64,000 nucleotides of DNA from a bacterium (GTDB lineage Bacteria > Patescibacteriota > Minisyncoccia > Phycocordibacterales > UBA5272). Position 1 is the stretch's first letter; each line of letters starts with the position of its first letter. The notes beneath the pieces were generated by a model. The model had not been told where the DNA came from and searched no databases. It saw nothing but the letters and a program-made list of their open reading frames with translations. Positions 20,635 through 30,741 of the stretch are shown here, piece by piece. The translations under genes were made by a program, and so were the position numbers. The stretch is from assembly GCA_023267635.1 (NCBI GenBank), contig JAHFMX010000001.1:83165-147164 (forward strand), in the 5' to 3' direction.

Positions 20635-21777
20635 ATGAATCACGATTACAATAAGGAGTCTATCGATTTACATAAGAAGCATCACGGGAAAATTGAGTTA
20701 GCAGTTAAGGTTCCCATGAATGATAAAGATGATTTATCACGTGCATACACTCCTGGCATTGCTGAAATTTCAAGAGAAATAGGAAAAGATCCATCACTTG
20801 CAAGAGAGTATACGTTAAAGCGAAATACTGTCGCTATTATTTCTGATGGGTCAGCAATACTTGGACTTGGTAACCTAGGAGCACTCGCCGCAATTCCTGT
20901 TATGGAAGGAAAGGCTGCAATATTAAAATCTTTTGCTGGAGTGGACGCGTTTCCTATTTGTTTAGACACACAAGATACTGAGGAAATTATTAAAGCAGTG
21001 AAACAGTTGGCTCCAGTCTTCGGTGCAATTAATTTGGAAGACATCGCCGCGCCAAAGTGTTTTGAAATTGAAGAACGATTACGTCGTGAGCTTTCTATTC
21101 CTGTTATGCATGATGATCAGTGGGGGACAGCAACTGTTGTTCTTGGGGGGCTTATCAATGCGCTTATGGTGACGGGCAGAGAAACAGGTTGGGATGCAAA
21201 AATTGTAATCAACGGAGTTGGTTCAGCGGGAGTAGCGACAGCCCGTATTCTTCTTTCGTACGGATTTAAAAATATATTGTTCTGTGATAGTAAGGGTATT
21301 ATCCATACAGGACGCCAGGACTTGAATGATCAGAAAAAAGAATTACTCGCAGGTTCTTTACTCGGGGGGCATGAAGGAACACTTGCGGACGCAGTGGTAG
21401 ACGCTGATGTATTTATCGGTGTATCAAAAGCAGGAGTATTAACTGGAGAGATGATTCATACTATGAAGTCTAATCCAATTGTGTTTGCGCTGGCTAATCC
21501 AATTCCAGAGATCATGCCTGAGATTGCAAAGGAGGCAGGGGTTGCGGTGATGGCAACAGGGCGAAGTGATTTTCCAAATCAACTCAACAATTCACTTATT
21601 TTCCCAGGATTATTTAAAGGAGTACTTGATGCCAACATTAAGCAATTTGATATCACTATGTTTACTCGAGCAGCTCTCGCTCTCGCACAGCATGTAAAGA
21701 ATCCAAGCAGAGAGGAAATATTACCAAACATGTTTGATAAGGAGTTGGTGGATGTGGTTGCTAACACAGTTAGATAG
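20635..21777 (+). CDS. NAD(P)-dependent malic enzyme
   Basis: AYTPG, ILGLGNLG, PVMEGKA, INLEDIAAP, HDDQWGT, ALANPIPE, ATGRSDFPNQLNN. Confidence 0.95.
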   Translation: MNHDYNKESIDLHKKHHGKIELAVKVPMNDKDDLSRAYTPGIAEISREIGKDPSLAREYTLKRNTVAIISDGSAILGLGNLGALAAIPVMEGKAAILKSFAGVDAFPICLDTQDTEEIIKAVKQLAPVFGAINLEDIAAPKCFEIEERLRRELSIPVMHDDQWGTATVVLGGLINALMVTGRETGWDAKIVINGVGSAGVATARILLSYGFKNILFCDSKGIIHTGRQDLNDQKKELLAGSLLGGHEGTLADAVVDADVFIGVSKAGVLTGEMIHTMKSNPIVFALANPIPEIMPEIAKEAGVAVMATGRSDFPNQLNNSLIFPGLFKGVLDANIKQFDITMFTRAALALAQHVKNPSREEILPNMFDKELVDVVANTVR

Positions 21778-21810
21778 ATAATATAAAAATGAGGTCCCGC
21801 GAACGGAACC

Positions 21811-22497
21811 TCATTGCATAGCTGAGAAATCAAATATTCTGTTCCAGTTTTCTTGGACCAGTTTCTTTTGCCTTTCTCGAAGTAGTGGCACAAGTTTGCG
21901 CCACTGTGGTGAAAGTGCACCACATTCGACCCTAATCTCAATTTCGGCCTCAAGGCGGTTAAAAATGAATACAAAATACTTCTCTGTTTCTTGGAGTTTT
22001 CTCACTTGTGAGTGGAGCTCCATTCCGTAGAGAGTCGAGAGGTTGTCTTCTCGGTCAAACACCTTGGCGATGAGTGACCAGATGTAAAACAACTTCACAA
22101 GCCGTGCCAACATGTGATGAGAGTGTTCATTTCCTTGTTTGGTAATTTGCATTGTTCCAAATGCAATCTCTGCGGTGAATCGAGCTAGAATTTTTTCTCG
22201 AACTAGCTCTGGATCAAAGCCTGCTTTCTTCGCGTCTTCTATTACGTCGTGAAGCAACAAGATCATTACAATCTTGCAATTCCAGATACCAAGTAGAACA
22301 AACACTAGAAGCAGTCGCATTACCGCTCGGTGGATGTGATAGAAGTAGTGCTCTCCTGTTGCACGTTTAGGTGCATTGAGGTGGTGTTCAAGACTGAAAT
22401 CATAAACAATCGAGAGTTCAACAGTTTCTTTTTTCGACGCTTTTGTTTTGCCGAGCCCGTGCATGAACTCGAGCTTTTTTGGAAGCTGTGAGTCCAT
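21811..22497 (-). CDS. Stand-alone RelA/SpoT-type HD hydrolase (small alarmone hydrolase/Mesh1-like)
   Basis: RATGEHYFYH, LLHDVIED, ITK, KVFDREDNL; AAGGAG before ATG 22497. Confidence 0.75.
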   Translation of the reverse strand: MDSQLPKKLEFMHGLGKTKASKKETVELSIVYDFSLEHHLNAPKRATGEHYFYHIHRAVMRLLLVFVLLGIWNCKIVMILLLHDVIEDAKKAGFDPELVREKILARFTAEIAFGTMQITKQGNEHSHHMLARLVKLFYIWSLIAKVFDREDNLSTLYGMELHSQVRKLQETEKYFVFIFNRLEAEIEIRVECGALSPQWRKLVPLLRERQKKLVQENWNRIFDFSAMQ

Positions 22498-22520
22498 GGA
22501 AGTTCTCCTTGGTGTAGAAA

Positions 22521-22706
22521 CTAACGAGGCCACGATGAGCGGCATATATGCTCACGTGGGTTGTCTTGAACGATTACACAATAGATAACAAAAAAGAAAA
22601 AGGGAACGCCTACAAATATAAGCGCTAGTCCCGCCAAAAGGATCGCGAGTACCCCCTTCCCGCAGAATATGACCCCAAGCAAGAGATTTTCGAGTAGGTG
22701 TCGCAT
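22521..22706 (-). CDS. Small hydrophobic protein (61 aa)
   Basis: MRHLLENLLLGVIF...; AGGA upstream; only the 3' part of the tracked ORF is plausible. Confidence 0.45.
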   Translation of the reverse strand: MRHLLENLLLGVIFCGKGVLAILLAGLALIFVGVPFFFFVIYCVIVQDNPREHICRSSWPR

Positions 22707-22784
22707 GACAGTTCCTGTAAAGTTCAACTGCCCGCATACTACTTGTTTTAGTGGGAGAAGTCTACTTTGTGATAGTATGGGGAC

Positions 22785-24041
22785 ATGTCGTTTTCTTTCG
22801 AGATAACCCACAATTCTAAAGAAGCTCCGCTTGCTCGATCGGGGGTTATTCATACTCCGCACGGAGATATACAAACTCCTGCTTTTATTACTGTTGGCAC
22901 AAAAGCTACAGTTAAAGCTCTCACCGCTGAACAGATTCGTGATGCGGTCGGCGCTCAAGCAGTTCTTGCAAATACTTACCATCTCTATCTTGAGCCAGGG
23001 GATGAAATAGTTGCCAAGCATGGTGGTTTCCCAAAAATGATGAACTGGCAAAAAGACGGAAAGGTGCTTCCTTCAGTAACCGACTCAGGAGGGTTCCAAG
23101 TTTTTTCATTAGGACAGGCTCTTGGGCACGGGGTGAGTAAGATCGCAACAAGCGAAGAAATTTCAGCGTATGAATCTACGCTGAGTAAGCGTGAGGAAAA
23201 AGAAATCGCTCAAGAAAGCATTCATGAAAAGATGGCGCACATTGATGAAGATGGAGTGACGTTTAAATCAGTGATTGATGGAAGTAAACATAGATTTACT
23301 CCTGAACGTAGTATGCAGATACAACACAATTTGGGAGCGGATATCTTTTTTGCTTTTGATGAATGCACTAGTCCGCTTGCTCCTATCACGTACCAGAAAG
23401 AAGCGATGGATAGAACGCATAGATGGGCAAAGCGTAGTCTCGATGAGCATAAACGATTAGGTGTATCAGCAGCAACAGGAGAGATGCAGGCGCTCTTTGG
23501 AGTTGTACAGGGCGGAGCATATGAGGAATTACGTCGTGAATCTGCAAAAATACTTGGTGCTATGGATTTTGATGGATATGGTATCGGTGGAAGTTTCACC
23601 AAAGACGATATGGCAACAGCGGTGCGATGGGTATGTGAGGAACTACCAGTTGGAAAGCCTCGACACTTGCTTGGTATTGGGGAACCGCTTGATATGCTGC
23701 TCGCCATTGAAAATGGCATTGATACATTTGATTGTGTTGCGCCAACTCGAATTGGAAGAAACGGAACACTCTATACGCTTGATGGACGTATTAATATTAC
23801 TAATGCAAAGTATAAGGATGACATGTCTCCTGTATCGGAGGATGCTACATGGTACACACATGGGTATACAAAAAGTTATCTTTCACATTTGTTCAGAGCG
23901 GATGAAATGCTCGCTGCAACACTTGCGTCCATTCATAATCTGAAATTTTTAACAGCACTCGTTGATGATGCACGTAAAGCGTTACAGGAAGGAAGGTTTA
24001 TGGAATTTAAAAATAGTTTTATCGCACGATACTATAAATAA
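22785..24041 (+). CDS. tgt: tRNA-guanine transglycosylase
   Basis: LANTYHL, TDSGGFQVFSL, FDEC, GVVQG, RHLLGIG, GIDTFDCVAPTR, HN. Confidence 0.96.
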   Translation: MSFSFEITHNSKEAPLARSGVIHTPHGDIQTPAFITVGTKATVKALTAEQIRDAVGAQAVLANTYHLYLEPGDEIVAKHGGFPKMMNWQKDGKVLPSVTDSGGFQVFSLGQALGHGVSKIATSEEISAYESTLSKREEKEIAQESIHEKMAHIDEDGVTFKSVIDGSKHRFTPERSMQIQHNLGADIFFAFDECTSPLAPITYQKEAMDRTHRWAKRSLDEHKRLGVSAATGEMQALFGVVQGGAYEELRRESAKILGAMDFDGYGIGGSFTKDDMATAVRWVCEELPVGKPRHLLGIGEPLDMLLAIENGIDTFDCVAPTRIGRNGTLYTLDGRINITNAKYKDDMSPVSEDATWYTHGYTKSYLSHLFRADEMLAATLASIHNLKFLTALVDDARKALQEGRFMEFKNSFIARYYK

Positions 24042-24048
24042 GGTAAAG

Positions 24049-24078
24049 AAAAAAGCCGCACAGTGTGTGGCTTTTTTT
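24049..24078. terminator. Bidirectional terminator
   Basis: aaaaaagccgcac-agt-gtgtggcttttttt. Confidence 0.8.
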
Positions 24079-24087
24079 GTGGCTTGT

Positions 24088-24501
24088 CTAGGGTCGGGGT
24101 TCCTTGTAGCGCCACCCACCTGAAAGGCTTCCCCCAATAATCCCGCAAGAAAACAACAAAGCAAGCAGAATCGGTGGAAGGTTTTTCCAAACCCAAGAGA
24201 AGAAACCAAAGTACCAAAGGATGGTGCAGAAAATAATAACTGCCGCCACAACACAACCAAGGAAACAGTTGAAAACAGCTATTTTTACTTCTTCTGCCGG
24301 AGACATTTCTGGTTCAACTCTCTTTTGTCGAGGTGTGTGTTTTTGTTTTTCGACACACGCAAACAAGAAAAAAGTAATCGCAGGCAGAAGCGGCAGCCCC
24401 CATACAAGTTCAGGGTAGTTTTTAAATGCCAGCCACCCAGAAAAGAGTATGCACGCAAACGTACATACAAGGAAAAAGATTTTTCGTATGATTTTCCGCA
24501 T
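24088..24501 (-). CDS. Hypothetical four-TM membrane protein
   Basis: AAGGAG upstream, four hydrophobic segments. Confidence 0.65.
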   Translation of the reverse strand: MRKIIRKIFFLVCTFACILFSGWLAFKNYPELVWGLPLLPAITFFLFACVEKQKHTPRQKRVEPEMSPAEEVKIAVFNCFLGCVVAAVIIFCTILWYFGFFSWVWKNLPPILLALLFSCGIIGGSLSGGWRYKEPRP

Positions 24502-24532
24502 ACAGCTCTCCTTCTGCTTTACAGCAATGGTT

Positions 24533-24637
24533 TCAGATCAATGTGGCAGCAACGATGATGAATATCACCAGTGCTTCCATCTTGTGATTCATGAGGAATT
24601 CGAGGTCTCCCTCGCCCTCTTCGTCGGGTGTTTCCAT
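24533..24637 (-). CDS. 34-aa acidic peptide with hydrophobic tail (not in ORF track)
   Basis: AGGAG then METPDEEGEGDLEFLMNHKMEALVIFIIVAATLI. Confidence 0.45.
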   Translation of the reverse strand: METPDEEGEGDLEFLMNHKMEALVIFIIVAATLI

Positions 24638-24708
24638 AGGTTTGTCTCCTGTCTTGTAAGGGGTTATTCAAACAGCTTTCAATTTTATGCTATAATGACA
24701 TCTTAACT

Positions 24709-26751
24709 ATGTCAAGCAAGAATACACGCAGAGATAAGGGGGTATTTGATATCAAAGGCTTTACTCCAGCAGGAGATCAGCCGAAAGCAATTGCCGAACT
24801 TGTAGTTGGACTGAAAAAGGGGACAGCAAAACAAACACTCCTCGGCGCTACTGGGACTGGTAAAACGTTCACTATTGCGAACGTTATTCAGCAGGTCCAA
24901 AAACCAACGCTTGTTATTGCTCACAACAAAACTCTCGCCGCCCAACTCGCTCAAGAATTTCGTACTTTTTTCCCAGATGCTGCAGTGCACTATTTCGTTT
25001 CGTACTATGATTACTATCAGCCAGAAGCGTACATGCCAGTGACGGATACGTATATTGAAAAAGATGCTCAAATCAACGAAGAGATTGATAGATTACGTCA
25101 CGCTTCAACACAGGCGCTGCTTACCAGAAAAGATGTAATCATCGTTGCGTCAGTTTCTTGTATTTATGGTTTGGGATCTCCAAAAGACTATGAGCGAGAG
25201 AATATGATTCTTTCTGTTGGAGACAGCGCATCGAAAGTAGAGCTTATGCAAAAGTTTGTGGCTATTTATTATGAACGTACAAATGCCGATCTTTCACCTG
25301 GAACATTTCGTGCGATAGGAAATAGAATTGATATCATGCCTATTTCTGAAACGCTCATGCTTCAGATAGAAATTGCAGGAGGAAAAATTTCTCGCCTACA
25401 AACAGTTGATCCAGTATCGATGAAACTTTTGTCCGTAGTTGATGAATATTATATTTTCCCTGCAAAGCACTTTATTTCTGACGTACCAACACGTGAACGT
25501 GCCGTTGAAACAATTCAAAAAGAATTAGAATCTCGTTTAGCAGAATTTGATAAGGAGGGGAAAATTCTTGAAGCAGAACGTCTTAAGCGTCGAACACGCT
25601 ACGATGTGGCCATGATTAAAGAAGTAGGGTTTTGTCAGGGAGTAGAAAACTATTCTCGACATCTTTCAGGCAAGCTTCCAGGGGAGGCTCCAGACACACT
25701 CCTAGAATATTTCCCACACGATAAGGACGGGAAGCCAGATTTCCTTACTATTATTGATGAGTCACACGTAACCTTGCCTCAACTTCACGGCATGTATGCA
25801 GGTGATCAGTCACGCAAGCAAACGCTTGTTGAATATGGTTTTCGTTTACCAAGTGCGAAAGATAACCGCCCACTTCGATATGAAGAGTTTGAGAAAAGAA
25901 TTGCTGATGTGATCTATGTGTCTGCTACTCCTGGAGCATATGAACGCGCAGACTCTGCGACAATTATTGAACAGATTATTCGTCCAACAGGATTGCTTGA
26001 TCCAGTACTTGAAGTAAAGCCAGTAGAAGCAAAAGGGGCGTATGAAGGACAGGTGCATCATTTTATTAAAGAAGCAGTAGCTGATATTAAATTAGGTGGG
26101 CGTATTATTGCTACGACGCTCACCAAGAAAATGGCAGAGAGTCTTTCTGAGTACTTGAAAGAACAGGGGGTGAAGGCAGAGTATCTTCATAGTGATATTA
26201 AGACCATGGATAGAATTCAAATTCTTACAGAATTTCGTAAGGGAAAGTTTGACTGTCTTGTTGGAGTTAACTTGCTTCGAGAGGGACTCGACTTACCAGA
26301 GGTAACGCTGATTGGAATCTTAGACGCTGACAAAGAAGGGTTCCTTCGTTCAGAAACGTCTCTCATCCAAACAATTGGTCGTGCAGCTCGTAATGTTCGC
26401 GGGCGTGTTATTTTATATGCTGATGTGATGACAGGATCGCTCGAGCGAGCTATTGCTGAAACAAATCGTCGTCGCACTATTCAGGAAGATTACAACAAGA
26501 AGCACGGAATTACTCCAACGACCATTAAGAAGAATATTCAAGATATTACTGAAAGTATGTTGAGTAGTCACGATAAGGCAGTGTCAGAGGAGCTTCAAAT
26601 AGATGCAAAAGTATTTGCTAAAAATCCTGACAAGCTTATTAAATTAAAGGAGAAGCAAATGAAAGAAGCTGTGAAAGCGCTTGATTTTGAGACTGCTGCA
26701 ATCCTTCGTGATGAGATTAAGGTGTTGAAGATACGGTTGGAAAATAAGTAA
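24709..26751 (+). CDS. uvrB: Excinuclease ABC subunit B
   Basis: GATGTGKT, YYDYYQPEAY, DESH, LLREGLD, QTIGRAAR, C-terminal UVR domain. Confidence 0.98.
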   Translation: MSSKNTRRDKGVFDIKGFTPAGDQPKAIAELVVGLKKGTAKQTLLGATGTGKTFTIANVIQQVQKPTLVIAHNKTLAAQLAQEFRTFFPDAAVHYFVSYYDYYQPEAYMPVTDTYIEKDAQINEEIDRLRHASTQALLTRKDVIIVASVSCIYGLGSPKDYERENMILSVGDSASKVELMQKFVAIYYERTNADLSPGTFRAIGNRIDIMPISETLMLQIEIAGGKISRLQTVDPVSMKLLSVVDEYYIFPAKHFISDVPTRERAVETIQKELESRLAEFDKEGKILEAERLKRRTRYDVAMIKEVGFCQGVENYSRHLSGKLPGEAPDTLLEYFPHDKDGKPDFLTIIDESHVTLPQLHGMYAGDQSRKQTLVEYGFRLPSAKDNRPLRYEEFEKRIADVIYVSATPGAYERADSATIIEQIIRPTGLLDPVLEVKPVEAKGAYEGQVHHFIKEAVADIKLGGRIIATTLTKKMAESLSEYLKEQGVKAEYLHSDIKTMDRIQILTEFRKGKFDCLVGVNLLREGLDLPEVTLIGILDADKEGFLRSETSLIQTIGRAARNVRGRVILYADVMTGSLERAIAETNRRRTIQEDYNKKHGITPTTIKKNIQDITESMLSSHDKAVSEELQIDAKVFAKNPDKLIKLKEKQMKEAVKALDFETAAILRDEIKVLKIRLENK

Positions 26752-26818
26752 AATACCCCTGACAAAGGCTGTTTTTTGTGTCTTTGCACATTCTTTTCCC
26801 TAGGCGTATACTTTGGGC

Positions 26819-27343
26819 ATGAAAACATACAAAGCCATTTTATTAGCAGTTCTCGGTCTTGTGATTGTAGTAGCAGGAGCATATTTTTATATGAAGGATA
26901 AACCTGTCGCACAAGCGCCAATTGTTACAAGTACCATGAAAACGTTGGAAGGTCAGGTGGTTCGTGTATTTGAAGGTGAGAATAAGCTTATCTACAGTCT
27001 TGATATTCCAGAAACGGCAACATCAACACTTAGTATGAATGATGCGCTTGTAAAAATTACTGATAATGGAGCGGCGTACATTTCAATGTACATGAGCTAT
27101 GAAGGAGGACGAGGGTATTCATCACTTGATTACATCAACAATGTGATCGCTCCTCGCGTGTCTACGCTAGCGGTTGTTGGAACAACAACTATTGCAGGAA
27201 GTGTTTGGACGATTGCTCAGTCAGCAAACACTGAATGGCATGTAGGACAGGCGGGAGACGGACAGTGGCTTATGGTTGTTGAAAGCGCGCGCGCTAATCA
27301 CGATCAGGTAGTTGAGACACTCGATTCACTTACTACAAAGTAA
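26819..27343 (+). CDS. Hypothetical membrane-anchored exported protein
   Basis: N-terminal TM AILLAVLGLVIVVAGAYFY; TATACT just upstream of ATG 26819. Confidence 0.7.
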   Translation: MKTYKAILLAVLGLVIVVAGAYFYMKDKPVAQAPIVTSTMKTLEGQVVRVFEGENKLIYSLDIPETATSTLSMNDALVKITDNGAAYISMYMSYEGGRGYSSLDYINNVIAPRVSTLAVVGTTTIAGSVWTIAQSANTEWHVGQAGDGQWLMVVESARANHDQVVETLDSLTTK

Positions 27344-27349
27344 TCTTCT

Positions 27350-27389
27350 TATACTAAAAACCGACCAGTTATGGTCGGTTTTTAGTATA
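27350..27389. terminator. Perfect hairpin terminator
   Basis: tatactaaaaaccgacca-gtta-tggtcggtttttagtata. Confidence 0.8.
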
Positions 27390-27459
27390 GAGAGTAAGCA
27401 CTTGGCAATTTTTGAAAAAGGTTGTCAAATATGCTATAATGCGGAAATTGTCCTCACCC

Positions 27460-30102
27460 ATGACTCCTAAAAAAACAACAAAAAAAGAAGGAACCAGTAA
27501 AACCGTGCAACACTTGGAAAGTATTATTGTTCGAGGTGCACGTACGCACAATCTTAAGAACATTACTGTGGAGATGCCACGTCACAAGATGATTGTGTTC
27601 ACTGGTCTTTCTGGGTCTGGAAAGTCTTCCCTTGCGTTCGATACTATCTTCGCTGAAGGGCAGCGACGATATGTTGAATCTCTTTCAGCGTACGCTCGTC
27701 AGTTTCTTAACCAAATGCAAAAGCCTGATGTTGATGAAATCGTAGGTCTTTCACCAGCTATTTCAATCGATCAGAAATCGGCTGGGCGAAACCCTCGTTC
27801 TACTGTTGCGACTATTACAGAAATTTATGACTACCTTCGTGTTTTGTATGCACGTGTTGGGAAGCCATACTGTGTTGATTGTGGATCAAGAATTCAAAAG
27901 CTTTCAAACGAAGAAATTCTTCACTTCATTTTGGATAAAGTAAAACATGCTGACGATAAACATAAGAAGGAAAAGATTCTAGGAGTTGAATATTCCCAAG
28001 CGGAACTTCATATCTTGTCGCCGTTAGTTCGTGGGCGAAAAGGGGAGCACTATCAAATGCTCTATGACATGCTTGGGCGTGGATATACTGAGGCTATTAT
28101 TGATGGTGAAAAAAAGTCACTTCGTGAACAGATTGTTCTTACAAAGACAAAGAAGCATGAGATTTCTCTTGTTGTGGATTCGATTGCGCTCGACGATTTT
28201 CGTCACAAGACCAGAGAGAAAGATTCACTCGTTAGACTCTCTGAATCTATCGAACGAGCTCTTCAGGAGTCAAACGGTCTCCTTGAAATTGAAATTCTTG
28301 GTGAGAAAACAATCATGAGTAATAAGTTCTCATGTGCTAATTGTGGATTTTCATTCCCAGAAATTGAACCTCGCCTCTTTTCTTTCAACTCTCCGTATGG
28401 AGCATGTTCAGCTTGTAACGGACTCGGCACAAAGTATTTCGGTGGACTAGATGAATGTGATGTGTGTATGGGTAAGCGTTTGCGACCAGAAGCATTGAAT
28501 GTGTTTTTGGATGATACTGAGAAAATTAACATCGTTGATATCACTGCGCTTTCTATTAAAGATGCTGTGGACTATTTCGCCCGACTTCCTCTTTCAAAGA
28601 AGGATCAGGAAATTGCCTCAGTCGTAATCAAGGAAATCGAATCACGCCTTATTTTTATGCTCGATGTAGGGCTAGACTATCTTTCACTTAACAGAAAAGC
28701 AGACACGCTCTCAGGTGGAGAAGCACAGCGTATTAGACTTGCTTCACAACTAGGAAGTAAACTTGTGGGCGCTCTCTATGTTCTTGATGAACCAACGATT
28801 GGACTTCATCAGCGGGATAACGATAGATTGATTAAGACACTGCTTCACCTTCGTGATATGGGTAACACTATTATCATCGTTGAGCACGATGAAGATACTA
28901 TCTATGCGTCAGACTTTATCGTAGACATTGGACCACTTGCTGGAGTCCATGGTGGTGAAGTTGTGGTGTCAGGGTATTTGGATGAACTACTTACTGCACC
29001 TAAAAATAAATCCGGGAGCCTCACACTTGCGTATCTTCGTGGTGAAAAAGAAATTCCTGTTCCAATACGCCGCACGGGGGATAAGGGCTCACTTCGTATT
29101 GAAGGCGGAAATGTATTTAATATTAAAGATCTAAAGGCCACCGTTCCGCTTGGAAAGATGACTGCAATTACAGGTGTGTCTGGGTCTGGGAAGTCGTCAT
29201 TCATGTATGAGATTTTATACAAGAACCTACTTGCTCGTTTAGAACGTCGCCATCGCTCAGCGCAGATTTATAACTGTACATCATTTACTGGAAGTGAATA
29301 TGTTTCGCGCGTAGTGTTGATTGATCAGTCGGCTATTGGGCGTACACCGCGCAGTAATCCTGCAACCTACACTGGGTCATGGACATTCATTCGTGATTTG
29401 TTTGCAGAGACCGAAGAGGCTCGTATTCGTGGATGGAAGCCGTCTCGATTTTCATTTAACGTGAAAGGAGGGCGTTGTGAAGCATGTCAGGGTAATGGAG
29501 AAATTGCAGTTGAAATGCACTTCCTTCCAACCGTCTATGTTCAGTGTGATGTGTGTTTAGGAAAGCGATTCATGAAGGAGACACTAGAAGTGAAATGGAA
29601 AGGGAAGAACATTTACGATGTTCTCTGTATGACTGTTGAGGAAGCTCTCACATTCTTCTACGATATTCCAGCGGTATATGATCGTATAAAATCTTTGTCA
29701 GATGTAGGATTGAACTATCTTGAGCTTGGACAGTCAGCTACAACACTCTCAGGTGGAGAGGCACAGCGTGTAAAAATTTCATCAGAACTGTATCGTCCAC
29801 ACGTTGAGAAAACAATTTACCTTCTCGACGAACCATCAATCGGTCTTCATTATGAAGATATTGCAAAGCTGATTGAAATATTAAACAAACTTGTTGATAA
29901 GGGAAATTCAGTTGTGCTCATCGAACACAATTTGGATATTGTAAAATGTGCCGATCATATTATTGATATTGGCCCAGAAGGTGGAGTAGGTGGTGGAAAG
30001 ATTGTTGCTTCAGGATCTCCTGAAAGTGTGGCGGGAAATGTGAATTCATACACAGGACAGTATTTAAAGAAAGTGCTCAAGAAAAGTAAAAGTAATAAAT
30101 AA
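27460..30102 (+). CDS. uvrA: Excinuclease ABC subunit A, lacking insertion domain
   Basis: Two Walker A (GLSGSGKS, GVSGSGKS), two LSGGEAQR, zinc fingers; ATG 27460 preferred. Confidence 0.98.
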   Translation: MTPKKTTKKEGTSKTVQHLESIIVRGARTHNLKNITVEMPRHKMIVFTGLSGSGKSSLAFDTIFAEGQRRYVESLSAYARQFLNQMQKPDVDEIVGLSPAISIDQKSAGRNPRSTVATITEIYDYLRVLYARVGKPYCVDCGSRIQKLSNEEILHFILDKVKHADDKHKKEKILGVEYSQAELHILSPLVRGRKGEHYQMLYDMLGRGYTEAIIDGEKKSLREQIVLTKTKKHEISLVVDSIALDDFRHKTREKDSLVRLSESIERALQESNGLLEIEILGEKTIMSNKFSCANCGFSFPEIEPRLFSFNSPYGACSACNGLGTKYFGGLDECDVCMGKRLRPEALNVFLDDTEKINIVDITALSIKDAVDYFARLPLSKKDQEIASVVIKEIESRLIFMLDVGLDYLSLNRKADTLSGGEAQRIRLASQLGSKLVGALYVLDEPTIGLHQRDNDRLIKTLLHLRDMGNTIIIVEHDEDTIYASDFIVDIGPLAGVHGGEVVVSGYLDELLTAPKNKSGSLTLAYLRGEKEIPVPIRRTGDKGSLRIEGGNVFNIKDLKATVPLGKMTAITGVSGSGKSSFMYEILYKNLLARLERRHRSAQIYNCTSFTGSEYVSRVVLIDQSAIGRTPRSNPATYTGSWTFIRDLFAETEEARIRGWKPSRFSFNVKGGRCEACQGNGEIAVEMHFLPTVYVQCDVCLGKRFMKETLEVKWKGKNIYDVLCMTVEEALTFFYDIPAVYDRIKSLSDVGLNYLELGQSATTLSGGEAQRVKISSELYRPHVEKTIYLLDEPSIGLHYEDIAKLIEILNKLVDKGNSVVLIEHNLDIVKCADHIIDIGPEGGVGGGKIVASGSPESVAGNVNSYTGQYLKKVLKKSKSNK

Positions 30103-30111
30103 GGAAAATAA

Positions 30112-30141
30112 AAAACCGCCACCCCTAGGGATGGCGGTTTT
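30112..30141. terminator. Bidirectional terminator
   Basis: aaaaccgcca ... tggcggtttt between convergent genes. Confidence 0.75.
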
Positions 30142-30158
30142 GCTACATGGGAGGGTTT

Positions 30159-30599
30159 TTAATCCTTCATATAGTTAAGGGCAACGAGGGCTGCTCGCAG
30201 TGTTTTCCGCTCAAAGCACAAGTTTCCAAACTGCGCGCCGCTGACCCAGTCAGTGCGGCCGCTTTTCACGAGGTTGATGAGGCTTTGGACCTCATGTTCC
30301 TGTTCTTGTGTGGACTTGAGTACTGGAGCATAAACGCGACATTTCCCATCCGCTTGTAGGCGAATGATGTGCCCTTTTCCTGGTCTGTCGCCGCTGTGGC
30401 TCACTTTCATGAGCACACTAGCGGAGCGCGGTACCGCAAGAGGTACGTCAACCTGTCCAGGTTTTCGCAGGAGTGCGATTTTCGGGTCTTTCGCCCATGC
30501 CGCGACTATGTCACTAGGACGAGAGGCTCTGGCTACAGCCCTCTCCTGTGGAGGCGGAAGAGTGTCTACTCCCGCATCTTTATTTTGTGCCAAAAACAT
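30159..30599 (-). CDS. Hypothetical protein
   Basis: 146-aa ORF between uvrA and uvrC, GAAGGT upstream, GC-richer. Confidence 0.6.
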   Translation of the reverse strand: MFLAQNKDAGVDTLPPPQERAVARASRPSDIVAAWAKDPKIALLRKPGQVDVPLAVPRSASVLMKVSHSGDRPGKGHIIRLQADGKCRVYAPVLKSTQEQEHEVQSLINLVKSGRTDWVSGAQFGNLCFERKTLRAALVALNYMKD

Positions 30600-30741
30600 C
30601 TTACTTACCTTCTTTGTAAAGAACTTTTATTATGACCATTTTGATTTGGTCTCGATTCGCTCACTGTAGTGCTAGTTTGCCGCTTTAAGTTAACTCGGTT
30701 TACCAGTTGCAAAGGCGAATATTTATTGTACAATAGATTCA

